DNA from: Rebecca billardiae RCC1528
Lineage: Eukaryota; Protista; Haptophyta
NCBI GenBank assembly: GCA_965240325.2
Contig: OZ251226.1
Span: 2,666,001 to 2,730,000, forward strand
Direction of reading: 5' to 3'
DNA length: 64,000 nt
Shown: positions 33,889-45,668 of the stretch, piece after piece
Position numbering within the stretch: position 1 is the stretch's first letter
Layout of the letters: each line of letters begins with the position of its first letter
Translations under genes and position numbers: made by a program
Notes under the pieces: generated by a model
The model's input: the letters and a program-made list of their open reading frames with translations, nothing else
Told to the model about the DNA's origin: nothing
Databases searched by the model: none

Positions 33889-34887
33889 ATGCTGGCCGCC
33901 AAGGGGTCCCCCCCTCCGCCGGCCCCCGGCGACTTCCCCATCGTCTGCGCCAAGTGCCTGGGCCCGAACCCGTACCTGCGCATGATGAAGGTGCCACACG
34001 GGGCGAGCTGTCGCATCTCCGGCACGCCCTTCACCGTCCACCGCTGGAAGGCGCCTGGCTCGGGGCGTCAGCGCGAGACGATCATCGCGCCTGAGGTGGC
34101 GACTGCAAAGAACATATGCCAGTGCTGCCTGGATGACCTCGAGTACAACGTGCCGTCGCACGTCGTCGACGCCGTACTTGCCGCCGTGGACGATGCGCCG
34201 CGAGCGGCCGAGTCAGATGCAAACCGCGAGTTCTATTGGGATGAGAAACGGCGAGCCGTCGCGGATGGCCGCGAGGATGGGGGCGGGACATATGGCAAGC
34301 TGCGCGCCAACATCGACAAGCTCGAGCGGCTGGCCAGCAGGAAGCCTTACGATAACCCCTACAAGCACGGCCCAGGGCAAGTGCCCGCGCCGCGCCCAAA
34401 GCGCGAGCCGCGAGACCCGGCCAAGGAGCACCTGCCGCCGCGCGACAAGTCGATCACGACTCTCTTTGTTGCGGGCGTGTCTCCGGGCATCTCGGAGCGG
34501 GAGTTGACGCGGCATTTTGCTGCATACGGACCCATCTCGTCGATCAAGATGAATCCCGAGAAGCTGTGTGCGCATGTCACGTACCACGCCCGCGAGAGTG
34601 CCTTCAACGCGTGCAATGCGCTGCGCGACAACCTCACCATCGACGGCACCAGGCTGCGCGTATTGTGGGGTCGTTCCACGGGGAGTGGCCGGGATCGCGC
34701 CTCCGACCCCAATGCGGATTACGGACCGCCGTCCCTCCCTCCGGGAATCAGGCAGCTGCCGCCTGGCGTCCGTGCTCCTGCACAGAGCACCGGCATGGCT
34801 GGCGGGGGGGCACAGGCAGCACTGACCTACCCGAGCATGCACCGAGAGGCGCTCGATGCAGCGGGCACTCGGCCTGAGGCGAATTGA
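33889..34887 (+). CDS. RBM22/Slt11(Ecm2)-like splicing factor (N-terminal zinc-binding domain + RRM)
   Basis: DFPIVCAKCLGPNPYLRMMK, PFTVHRW, KNICQCCLDDLEY, PPRDKSITTLFVAG RRM. The CCCH finger appears to be absent. Confidence 0.85.
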   Translation: MLAAKGSPPPPAPGDFPIVCAKCLGPNPYLRMMKVPHGASCRISGTPFTVHRWKAPGSGRQRETIIAPEVATAKNICQCCLDDLEYNVPSHVVDAVLAAVDDAPRAAESDANREFYWDEKRRAVADGREDGGGTYGKLRANIDKLERLASRKPYDNPYKHGPGQVPAPRPKREPRDPAKEHLPPRDKSITTLFVAGVSPGISERELTRHFAAYGPISSIKMNPEKLCAHVTYHARESAFNACNALRDNLTIDGTRLRVLWGRSTGSGRDRASDPNADYGPPSLPPGIRQLPPGVRAPAQSTGMAGGGAQAALTYPSMHREALDAAGTRPEAN

Positions 34888-35660
34888 GCAGACTTTTGTG
34901 CGACGCTGCTAAGACTGCGGCGGGCCTCCTATGATATGTTATGGGAGCGCGTCTGAATAAATCAGATTAGATCATGAGACTCAGACTCAGTAAGAGTGTG
35001 ATGATGGAGTACTACTAGTATTCTAAGTACGAGTAGACTCACTAGACACTGCCGCTGTGAATCGTCTGATGGGCACCGGCCGGCGCTGAACACAGAAAGA
35101 ACAGTCACGGTATCGTCACGACTATATTATTGACAGTTTCAAGACGCCGCGCCTCGAGTCGTCGCCTCGTCGGCGCGAATCAATCCTCGGGCTTCCTGGG
35201 CTGGTGCGCACGTGACGATGACACTTGACAGCAGTAGCAGTCACGTCATCAGAATATATCATCAGTGATGACGATTATCACTGCGACGTAGTTATTATAC
35301 TGTTACGACCGACGATTCTAATCTTCGTACTAATCGTAGCTTGAGTGTCTGCTGAGTCGGACTCGTCCGGAGTGTGTCACCGCCAGTCACGTGATGATGC
35401 CCACGTGGCTGCGGTGCCGACGACTCTTGCGCCGGAGTCCCTGCAGTGAATACTGCCACGCTCACAACCAGGGGCAGGGTCCGCGTGTCGCCATTGTCAT
35501 CGTGCCGCAGGCGAGGCCGTGCTGTCAGTACTGCATGGGCCGCAAACAGTTCACTGTTCAGCTGCGCAGATGGCGATGCAAGGCGATAGACGTGGAGGGG
35601 CGCAGATGTTCGTCTTGGTCGCGCATGCACCGCGTACAGGGGGGCATCTGTTGAGGTGGG

Positions 35661-36104
35661 CTATTCCTCAGCCTCTTCTTCGCTGTCCGCTTCGGCCGCA
35701 AGAGAGACGATTTTGGGTGTCTGCTCATCAAAGTCTGTGTCCAAGTCGAACTGCAGGTACACGCGCTGCCCGGGTCTGAGCTTGCGCGAGAGCGATCGCA
35801 TCCGCCCCGCACGCGTTGCAGTGAGCTCGTGCCCACCGTCCAGCCTGATGGTGTACTTGCCGGAGTTGCGCTGCACAATCATGCCAGCCACGACGCCTTC
35901 CGTGCTGTCGTCGATGGGCTTCGGCTGCGCATAACCTTTGTACGCGCGCTCCTGCCCTGCAATCGCCAGGAGAACCTGGGGTCTGTTCGGAGCGCGCAAT
36001 CCGTGCAGCACGGGCGACAGCCCGGCACTGAGACCCGGTGTGCGCGCTGGCGATTGGCGCAGGAGGACACGCGTGCACGAGGCAAGCCGGCGGAGAGAGG
36101 ACAT
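35661..36104 (-). CDS. Translation initiation factor IF1-like (S1/OB fold) protein with an organellar, mitochondrial-type presequence
   Basis: MSSLRRLASCTRVLLRQ presequence; GMIVQRNSGKYTIRLDGGHELTATRAGRMRSLSRKLRPGQRVYLQFD...PKIV aligns by eye to the IF1 pattern (F.V.L.NG..L.A..SGKMR...I..GD.V.VE). Confidence 0.65.
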   Translation of the reverse strand: MSSLRRLASCTRVLLRQSPARTPGLSAGLSPVLHGLRAPNRPQVLLAIAGQERAYKGYAQPKPIDDSTEGVVAGMIVQRNSGKYTIRLDGGHELTATRAGRMRSLSRKLRPGQRVYLQFDLDTDFDEQTPKIVSLAAEADSEEEAEE

Positions 36105-36305
36105 GAGCGGGCGGCGCGTGGATTCCGGGTGCGCAGGCGTGCGGCACCGGCCGACGCCCGACGGCCGTCGATTTGTCTCGCGCAGCATTTCATGATTCGT
36201 CGATGAATGGCGGGCCGTTTTTAATGCACGTCTCGCGCTTCCGGACGTAGTGAAACTCACCCCCGTGAGGACCCTCGAATGAACGGGTGCCATCGTCGTC
36301 GGCCG

Positions 36306-37841
36306 ATGCACGCGCACGTGGCCTTGCGATGGCTCGGCTGCTGCCTGGCGCTCGTCGGGGCGGGGGTGCAGGCGGCACCGCCGCGCTTCTCCGCGCGCCC
36401 GACGATCGCAACGCACGCCGTGCGCGCTCGCGTCCGCAGCAGTGCCACCGACTCGGCGCGACCGCCTGTGAAGGCGCGCGCGCAGCGCCTTCGTGAGGCC
36501 GACCCCGAGGTGTGGCGCATCATCGCGGACGAGGCGAATCGACAGCGCACGGGGATCGAGCTTATCGCGTCGGAGAACTTCGTCTCCGGCCCCGTGCTCG
36601 AGGCCCTTGGCTCGTGCATGACCAACAAGTACTCGGAAGGGTTGCCTGGCGAGCGGTACTATGGCGGCAACAAGCACATTGACGAGATGGAGCGGCTCTG
36701 CCAGTGCCGCGCGCTCGAGCTGTACGGGCTCGACCCGGTCGTGTGGGGCGTGAACGTGCAGCCGTACTCGGGCAGCCCGGCCAACTTCGCCGCGTACACC
36801 GCCCTGCTGCGCCCGGGCGACCGGCTGATGGGCCTCGACCTGCCGTCGGGCGGCCACCTCACGCACGGCTACTACACGCCGACGCGCCGCGTGAGCGCGA
36901 CCTCGATCTACTTCGAGTCGCTGCCGTACGGCGTGAGCGAGGAGACGGGGCTGGTGGACTACGACGAGCTTCGCAAGCGCGCGCTCCTCTTCCGCCCCAA
37001 GCTCATCATCGCCGGCGCGAGTGCGTACCCACGTGAGTGGGAGTACGAGCGCATGCGCGCGATCGTGGACGAGGTCGGGGGCGGCTGCCGGCTGCTGACG
37101 GACATGGCGCACATCTCGGGCCTCGCCGCGGCGAGGGCGTGCGCCGACCCGTTCGAGCACTCGGACGTGGTCACGTCGACCACGCACAAGAGCCTGCGAG
37201 GGCCGCGCGCCGGCGTGATCTTCTTCCGGCGCGAGCTGGAGGAGCGTGTGAACGCGGCCGTCTTCCCCGCGCTGCAGGGCGGGCCGCACAACCACCAGAT
37301 CGCCGCTCTGGCCGTCGCGCTCCGAGAGGCGAAGAGCCCCGAGTTCGCCGAGTACATCGGCCGGGTGAAGGAGAACGCGGCGACGCTCGCGCGCGCGCTC
37401 GAGGCGCGCGGCTGCCGCGTCGTCACGGGCGGTACGGACAACCACCTCGTGCTGTGCGACGTGAAGAGCTCGTTCGGCCTGACCGGCTCCAAGCTCGAGG
37501 CGCTGTGCGAGGCGCTCGGCGTGTCTGTGAACAAGAACACGATCGCCGGGGACAAGTCGGCGTTCAGCCCTAGCGGCGTGCGCCTCGGCACGCCGGCGAT
37601 GACCACGCGCGGTGCCACGCCCGCGCACTTTGAGGTGATCGCCGACATACTCATCGAGGCGGCGCAGCTCGGGCAGAAGCTGCAGGCCGCGGCGCCGAGC
37701 GCCAAGCTCGCCGACTTCCGCGAGCAGCTGCGCGCGGCCGAGGCAGAGCCTCACCCCGAGCTCGTCGAGCTGCGGCAGCGCGTCGAGGCGCTGGCCGCAG
37801 AGTTCCCGCCGCTTCCACACGGAGGAGTGCTGGACGAATGA
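36306..37841 (+). CDS. SHMT: Serine hydroxymethyltransferase, probably plastid-targeted
   Basis: [52 protein letters not shown] (PLP Lys), GGPHNH, GTDNHL. Signal peptide followed by an Arg/Ala-rich transit peptide. Confidence 0.95.
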   Translation: MHAHVALRWLGCCLALVGAGVQAAPPRFSARPTIATHAVRARVRSSATDSARPPVKARAQRLREADPEVWRIIADEANRQRTGIELIASENFVSGPVLEALGSCMTNKYSEGLPGERYYGGNKHIDEMERLCQCRALELYGLDPVVWGVNVQPYSGSPANFAAYTALLRPGDRLMGLDLPSGGHLTHGYYTPTRRVSATSIYFESLPYGVSEETGLVDYDELRKRALLFRPKLIIAGASAYPREWEYERMRAIVDEVGGGCRLLTDMAHISGLAAARACADPFEHSDVVTSTTHKSLRGPRAGVIFFRRELEERVNAAVFPALQGGPHNHQIAALAVALREAKSPEFAEYIGRVKENAATLARALEARGCRVVTGGTDNHLVLCDVKSSFGLTGSKLEALCEALGVSVNKNTIAGDKSAFSPSGVRLGTPAMTTRGATPAHFEVIADILIEAAQLGQKLQAAAPSAKLADFREQLRAAEAEPHPELVELRQRVEALAAEFPPLPHGGVLDE

Positions 37842-38300
37842 GGGCGAGTGTTCATCTGATCAAAGGGCCGCAGAGCGCGCAATCACAAGGCGCCAGGCGA
37901 GCACTGATGGGCAGGCTCCGGCGTCGTCCGGCTCATGACGAGCAGCTAGGAGTAGCCAGTAGTAGGACAGCAGGCAGTGCATGACGCCGGTAGTATCACT
38001 TATCAGGCGGAGGGCAAACCGGACTCTGGCAGAGAGAGCCTGCATGAAGTTCCATCATGAGGCTTCGAGGCGTGTCACCCGGTCCGAGGCCGAGCCCGAG
38101 CAGCAGCGAGCTATACCTATCACCTAGGCTAGCGCCGTCACGGCGTCAGTCCTAGGATCTGCCGACGTTATTATATTTAATCTGCTCATAACGACATCTC
38201 GGAAACGTGATGGTCTAATAATCGAATCAGCTATATAAGCATACTATTAACCGATATATAGTAGCAGATAAGACAGTAATCATCGAAAGACGACGCTAAC

Positions 38301-38331
<31 letters not shown>
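38301..38331. repeat. (TA)n microsatellite
   Basis: Direct read; one CA interruption. Confidence 0.9.
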
Positions 38332-39447
38332 TCTGCGCTTGATCCGCGATCGATCGCGCTCGGCGGCACAGATGACCGGGATTCGTCGCAGGATGTCTCT
38401 GCTAAGTGAGCCCCACCCGCTGGCGCGGCCAGCCCGGCAGGATGAGCCCGGCCCAGGAGCGGCCTCAGGCGCGGTGAGGCGCGGCGGTCCTGCGGCCCAC
38501 CGGACAACAATGTTACTGTCCGACAGAGTCACGGACTGACCAGGCACGTTGGACGACGACACTATTCGACTACTGCTTACAGCGGCGCCGCCGCCCGCCT
38601 GCTGCATCGGTGACAGTGACTGCAAGTGATTCGGTGACTCGGTCTCAGTGTCAGCTTCACTCTCAGTCAGACGGTGGGCGCGGCCGGCGGGCCGCCCGGC
38701 GGCGACGGCGGCGACTTCATCACTCACATCAGCAGTTTGCCAATGATGTGCTGATCGGCGGCCGCGCCGACGAAACAGCCGCAGACCGCATCACGGCCGT
38801 CTGCGCAGTTTACGTTGGTCTTCACCTCTACTCGGTAATTTCGGGCACGGCGGACGGCCACGCACGGGACCGAGTATTATTAGGCCGGGCAGGAGTCAAC
38901 CGAGTCTGCCTGCGTGACGCCGGGTCGCCCGCAGCCGCCGCGCCGTCCTGACGGGAAAGTCGCCAACAATACGACTGACTACTCGGACTCTAGAGCCTCA
39001 CTGAGACGCATCACTCAAGCACGGGTCTGAAGAGTCTGACTGTGACTCCGTGAGGCGCGGAGTTCATAAAACACTCAACAGTCACTAAAGCGTCGATCCT
39101 ACGGAACGCCGAGCCCGGCTGGCAGCGCGGCCGCGCGACAGCAGTGTCGGGCTGTCATCCAGTCAGCTAGCCCAGGTTACTCACTGTAGCGGTGCCGGGC
39201 ACTGCTCGCCCCCAGTGCCCCGCACTCTCCCTCTCCCGAGGTTACGCGCTACGTGCTTCCCAGGCCCGCTGATTATGCCGGATTCGTCGTCCGCCATTGT
39301 GAAGTGGAGCGGCGATCCCACACAGGGCTACCGGGATCTGCAGCCGGCGCCTTCCGGCACTTTCAGAGAAGTCCAGCTCCGATCACGGCGTCCGCCCGGT
39401 GGACTGCGCTGTGGAACCGCAACCTGCAAACACGACGCGTTCGAGGG

Positions 39448-39789
39448 ATGCGGCCGCCCTCGTACTGGAGAACAATCGACGCTTTCAATGATGGGAGTAC
39501 GCCCATCATGCTGACAGTGAGCTATGGCGACGATTCCAACGGCCACCACGTCGTCACCGAGAGCCATCAGCTACAGCCTGGCGAGGAGTTCGTTTTCCAT
39601 GAGCACTCGTACGACGAGGGCAGCTGGCTTTCAGTTGCTGGTGTGCACGATGTCATCGCGCGTTGCATCTCGAATGGGCACGCTGGGCCGACTGTGAGCA
39701 TCACTGCGCACCCATCGGCTGGCGTGGAGGGTGCACATGGCGTGCACGTCCACTGCAGTGGAGGCGGAGGCCCGGAGATGGAGATGTGA
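39448..39789 (+). CDS. Hypothetical small beta-rich, His-rich protein (113 aa)
   Basis: MRPPSYWRTIDAFNDGSTPIMLTVSYG...LQPGEEFVFHEHSYDEGSW. Globular-looking composition unlike the neighbouring spurious GC ORFs. No recognised family. Confidence 0.5.
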   Translation: MRPPSYWRTIDAFNDGSTPIMLTVSYGDDSNGHHVVTESHQLQPGEEFVFHEHSYDEGSWLSVAGVHDVIARCISNGHAGPTVSITAHPSAGVEGAHGVHVHCSGGGGPEMEM

Positions 39790-40627
39790 GGGCTTCTGGC
39801 ATTCGTGCGCCAAATCACTAGGCTGGTCACGGCATAGCTTTCGCCGCCGCGCTCGGGCGCTCGCGATCGCGGAGATGCCATCAAGGCCGGCGCTGGATCC
39901 TACTCACTGCAAGGCCCGCTCGATACTCTCTCTCTCTCGATTGGTCGCCGTGCGGCTGCGCGGCACGGCTAGCTAACTAACTACCGCCTGCGCCCGTGCT
40001 GCCGCACTGCTGGCTGCGGGACAGGCTCCTGCATCAGTGCACTCGATCGACTGCTCTATTATTGACGCGGATCACTACTATTGTCATCATAGTAGTCAGT
40101 GACCTCATCAGGGAGGCAGCGCAGTCAGATAATAGTGAGATATATCTCAGATATGCGCGGCCGGCGATAATAATATCGGAATATTCGGAATTCGCCGAAT
40201 TCAGTGAATTCTGAGCTGACAATTATTACTAGCTGCTAGTTAGCACGATCGACGCGCCTCAGGCGGATCTCTCATGGCTGACTGCCGCGTTTCTGAAAGG
40301 CTTGGCTTGCGAGCCGGCGAGATCGACACGCGGAGGACAAAAGAAAATCATATTCCTGCTTCGTCGCACCAATAGACTAAACGAAGATCGGACGGAGATC
40401 GTGGTCTTCAGATGCAAGACCTGGAAGCCCCCCTTGGGAGTTTTCAGTTGGGGCTCTCAACGCGGCCCGGCGAGGCGGACTTCTGAGGATTCTGAGGATC
40501 CTGGAGCAGGCGGCCGGCGGGCGAGCACACGACGCCGCCCTGCGGCGGGGAGCCGTCCGCGCCGTGCACGCTCACTGGCACCCACGTCTCCTCCGCCGCG
40601 CTGCTCGCCTCCCGCCGGAGTCCACGT

Positions 40628-41165
40628 CGTCTGACCGACGCCCGTCGGCACGTGACGTTCACGTTGCCCACGTCGCGCTCTCAGTGGGAGCGCGACGAGC
40701 ACGCGCTGCCCGCACCCTTCGATGCTTTCCTCTTCGCATCGGGCGCGCTTGTGCTGTGGAGCCTGCGCGTGCAGGAGGAGGAGCTCTTTCTCAATCAACG
40801 TCGTGCGCGCCCGCCTTCATTCACGCTGCGCCGCGCGGAGGGGGAGAGCGCGCGCGGCTGGGCGCCGCTCGGCCGGCTGCTGGGCTCGCGCAAGTCGGAA
40901 GTTCCGGCGCTCGACCTGACGCTCCCCAGCGAGGAGGCCGAACAGATGGATGTCCCAGCTGCGGCTCACTGTGAGAGCAGCTTGTGGGAGCGGGCTCCTG
41001 CACGGCACGGTTTGTAAACAAGGTTGTCGACGCCCAGGGTGGGCTGGCTGCGGTGAAGCTCAGGGCGTCCACCGACACCAGCGCAGCCAGGCGTGAGGCC
41101 CGCCTTCTCAGGAAGCACAGGTACGCGTCCAAGGCGTTGCCTGGATGCAGCATGCAGCTCACGAG
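40628..41165 (+). pseudogene. Degraded RMND1/Rmd1 (DUF155)-like gene fragment
   Basis: DAFLFASGALVLWSLRVQEEELFL resembles the DUF155 start (F.F..G..V.W....EE..FL). EEAEQM and, in another frame, LLRK..ASKAL...SMQL follow. Interrupted by frameshifts/stops, with no clear start. Confidence 0.35.
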
Positions 41166-42607
41166 TGCGGCCTCGTCGCCCGCCGCACGGTGCGCCGTTC
41201 TACGCGGCCATGAACTCGTACGGAGGCACTCGCGGCGTACGCGGGTAGTGGGGAGGGCAAGCACAGACTATGGAATTGTCATGTCTTATCACTCTGGCAT
41301 CGAATCCAAGGTCAGCCCGGGCAGCACGCTCGCGGCAGTGCACGCCGCTGGGTTCACCAAATCGGCCGAGGCCCGTGCAGACTCGTGACGATGCCGAGTT
41401 GGCGAGTTATTGCAGCGCCGGTGCGCACGGCGCCCCGCGTCAAAGGCCCGCGACGACTCTTGGGAGCTTGGCACTAGACGGACGACAGCGCGGTGGGCGT
41501 CGTCGTCACTCTGCTGCCCGCCAGTCACTCAATATACAGATGACGATCATCATCAGAGCATGCAGTCACCGCGTGTCGAACTATCGCGATTGGCGAGTGC
41601 CGCCGCCGGACCAGACTCATGTCCCATCACGGGACACGGTGCCATCACGTCTGACGGATACTCGGATCTAGCAATAGCGCCAGCAATTCATCTAGATACG
41701 ACTTCTAGCGCCGGTCCGACCGGCGGCGGAGACGTTCCGCCGGCGGCGACAGAAGTGGTGACGCCGCCCGCACTGATGGCGCAGCGCCCGGATCTGACAC
41801 TGACTTCTGAGTCGGACTCGGATCGGGATGAGGAATTCAGGAAGTAGGTGAACAACGACGAGTATAATAATAACGGGCTAACATGCGCGCGCGGCGGCCC
41901 GACGTCGGATGAGTCGTCGGAACGAATAGGCGGAATAACGTCCTGGAATCGGCACGACTCGGCGGCGCGCCACGGCCCGCCGGTACTACTACACGGTCCG
42001 ATAGTTATACCGCCGTTATTATAGCAGTACGTACGCGGCCGTAATCCCGTATAGTCGACGACCGGTAGTCGTCGTCGCCGAGCGATCATTCGCGGCGAAT
42101 CAACACGCGCGGCTCACCGCCCGGCAAAACAAGCGTTGCACTCCACGCTGTGATCCTCTGGCCCGGTCTTGAGGACGTCGCCGCATAACTCCATCAGCTC
42201 AAATGCGACCTGCGGGAGGTGAAAACGGCACATGCCGCGGACGCCAGGCCCTAACGACATGATGAGCTTGCCCGCCGCGGACCGGCCCGCCACCACCCTT
42301 TTGATGTGCATCCGGCCGATCGACTGCGCAGCGAGTCTGGCCACGCAGAGGCAGCGTCGTGAAAGGCGTCGCCATCGTCTTCATCCATGTCACCGTCACC
42401 GTCGCAAGAGCCGTGGTGAGCGCCTATAGGAAGGCCGGCGACCCCAACCTGCGGCGCGACGCAAGCCCGGGGCCTGCCGTGTACAGACCAGTGGCCGGGC
42501 CCGCATCACAGAGCTGCAGTGTTGGTCGGCTGGAGTTGAATACGATGCCTGGTCTTTCAGCCCATCTTCCAATCCCCAATCCCACTTGAGTTGCGACCAT
42601 CGCCAGC

Positions 42608-43326
42608 CCAAGGGCCGTAAGGGCACCCAACTCCCAGTGCGGAGGTTGGGGCGCCTCTGTTGTGCTCGCCTCCGTGAGTGCCCGCGGTGAGTGGCCCGTC
42701 GCCGAAGACGCGGGAGGCGAGGGTGCGGGCATGACGGGGCGCCGCGGCGGGCGGCGCGCGGCGGGCGGCGCGCGGCGGGCGAGGCGGACAGTGCTGATGG
42801 CGAGGCGGAGGTGGAGGCGGAGGTGGGGGCGAGCCGAGCGCAGCTCGGCTGAGGCCACCGGACGCGCGACGAGTCGAGCAGCCGACCGCCGGGAACGGAA
42901 GTGAGTCAGGCGGACATGGAGGCTGCCCGTAGGGGCCTGCAAGCCAAAGTGCGGGCGGGCGCCCACGCTTGCCCCTGCGTGCCCGGTGCAAGCAGCCCGA
43001 GCGCTCCGTTTGCTGCTGGCGCGCACGGCACGAGTGAGCTCGCGCGCCGCGTTGGCAACTGCCGATTGCACGGGCCGAGAGGCGAAAGAGGCGAGCCTGG
43101 CGGACTCACGCGCGTGTCAGGAGAGCATTGACCCGCGCCGCTCAGCGGCGAGCCGTCCGGGTTCGGCATCGCCGCCAGTCATCCAGGCAGAGCGCTCGAC
43201 GTCGCGCCCTCGCGCAGCGTTTGAAGCACGCCGGCCGGACGCGAGTCGCGAGGCCACGAGACAGACAGAGGCACCTCAACCTCCGAGCTGGCCGCACTGG
43301 GAGTTGGGTGCCCTTACGGCCCTTGG
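42608..43326. repeat. Inverted repeat pair (35-bp perfect core, about 55-60 bp with one indel) about 600 bp apart
   Basis: 42608..42642 is the exact reverse complement of 43292..43326 (CCGCACTGGGAGTTGGGTGCCCTTACGGCCCTTGG); similarity extends to 42660/43265. Confidence 0.85.
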
Positions 43327-43965
43327 CCAGCCGCCGTCTTCGCCATCAGCGTCGGCGGCTAGCTGCCTTGAACCTCACGGAGCCAGCGAGCCAGCGGCTC
43401 CCCTCGCTTTGACGCGCTCTACTCGAGTCTCGACCCGAAGCCCTTCCGCTCGCAAGCGATCTCGTCCAGGCCTCGTGGAGGTGGAGAAGGACACAAAAAA
43501 GGAGCGAAGATTGCTGAGATGCTAAGGAGATTGCGGCCAAGCCATCATGCCTTCCGGGACGACCATTGGCTCGTTTTCTTCCTGATTCCAGTCTTTCGCC
43601 TGATGGTATTGAGATAATATGTCTCACTTTGGCGACCGCTCATTTTTCGATCCCCCCCCAACCGACCAATGGGAAGGCGGAGCCGCGACTCGCTCTGAAA
43701 ATGCGTGAATTGTTTCGCGGTCTGGCGGACCGGCCCGTGGAAAAACGCAGCAGTGGCAGAGAGACTCAGTATATATTATATATATATATAATATATTTAT
43801 TTGCTGACTCTGTACGGTCTGTCTCTGACTCTCTGAGTGGACTGCTGACTGCAGATGACTCAGTATTAGACTTAGTCAGACGTTTAGTGAAGCCGTGCGG
43901 AGCCGACTGGTAACAGTCCAGTCCCAACCAATGATGGCGCAAATGTCTGAGACCGCTCAGCGCGC

Positions 43966-45518
43966 TCATCCCTGGTCATTCTCACCGGCAAAGCTCTCTG
44001 CTGCATGCCGATGTGGATCATCTGGCCGCTGCTCCGGATCTGCTTCGTCAGGCCCAGCTTCGTCGTCGCTCTGCAACGCCGGTGGCATCTGAGCCATCTG
44101 CACCGACGGCGCACCCTGCAGCGCACGCAAGTTCTCCAGCACCTGCGATTTGATGCCCTCAAGGTACTGGCGCGAGTTGAGGTTGTCCATCGTGGGGTTG
44201 GGCTGCAAGTGGAGCTTCCAGTCGGGCACAAAGTATTCATAGTAGTCGTTGGGGGGCAAGTCGTCCTCCAGCTCCTGCGTGCGCGCGGGGCCCCGTGCAC
44301 GGGCGTGAGTGGTCGGCGGTGCGGGCGTGGGGCGCCTGCGCAGTTCCGCCTCGGAGCACCGCGCTCCATGCGCTCGTCGCGCGCGGCTCTCGCGGCGGCG
44401 GCTGCGATCAATATGCGCGCCGCGCCGCGACCAAGCAGGCACCTGGTTGAGGACGACTGCTGTCTCGTACGTCCAGCAGCGTGCCACGTTGCGGATGGTA
44501 TAGCCGCCCCCGCCGAGGACGAGCGTGGGCAGGCCAAAGCCCATCACATAGCGCACGCATTCGGCATGCCCGCGCACAGTCAGGTTGAAGCAGCCAAGCC
44601 GATCGCCCGTGATGGAGTCCGAGCCGCACTGCAGCACGACGGCAGTTGGCTTGAACTGCTCCATCACCTGCTCGATCACGGGCTCAAAGATCGACTTGTA
44701 CGCCTTGTCGTTGATGCCGTCCTTGAGCGGCACGTTCACCGAGTAGTGCTTGCCCCGGCGGGCGCCGATGTCCTTCACGTCACCCGTGCCTGCCCGCAGG
44801 GGGGGGCGCGCAGCGCGAGGGCATCACGCCCCATCGGGCCTCGCAGGGGCAGGAGGCCGGCGGGGCGCCCGCGCGCGCTGCGCCCAGCGCCCGACGACGC
44901 GTACGCACCGGGGAAGAAGAAGTCGCCGTACTTGTGGAACGAGACCGTCATCACGCGGTCCGTGAGGTAGAACGCCTCCTCGACGCCGTCGCCGTGGTGG
45001 ATGTCGATGTCGATGTACAGCACGCGCGGGTGGAACTTGAGGAGCTCCAGAATGGCGAGGACGATGTCGTTCACGTAGCAGAAGCCCGAGGCCTCGCTCT
45101 TCTTCGCGTGGTGCAGCCCGCCGCTCCAATTGATGGCGACGTCCACATCCCCATTGTTCAGCTTGACTGCGCCATCGATCGAGCCGCCGGTGTACACGCG
45201 GCAGTAGTCGTACAGCCCGTCGAAGACGGGGCAATCGTCACCGACGGTGTACTTTTGCAGCTGCTTCGAGAAGTCGTTCGCGTTGTCAGGCGTCACACGC
45301 CGCAGGAAGTCGATGTAGTCGTCCGAGTGGAAGCGCTGCATCTCGGCATCCGTCGCGACGTGTGGTCGATACACGTCCATCTGCCGGTACAGGTCGTAGT
45401 TGAGCACGAGATTGTGCGTCATGCACAGCCGATGCGGCTTCATCGGGTGCCCCGGCCCATAGTGGTACGTGCCCAGCAGGTCGTCGTGGAAGTAGCACAC
45501 CTTACGAGCTCGCGCCAT
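43966..45518 (-). CDS. RPD3: Class I histone deacetylase (HDAC1/2, RPD3)
   Basis: complement(join(43966..44274,44443..44789,44909..45518)). [40 protein letters not shown]|[26 protein letters not shown]. Confidence 0.95.
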
Positions 45519-45668
45519 GCTGACTCGGAAGCACTGGCACCCTGCTGCAGCTGGCGAGCGAGCGGTCGGGAGTGCGCAGGCACCACTTGCTCACCAGGAA
45601 GCAAGCCGCACCCGTCAGTTGGCCCGGACTCTCCGACTCGGGCGGTCTGGACGCAAAGCTGCGCGACC

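Noticed and set aside
35661-37820. 719-aa minus-strand ORF as a single overlapping gene
   Set aside because: The first ~570 codons are the antisense shadow of SHMT; only 36104..35661 (IF1-like) looks real.
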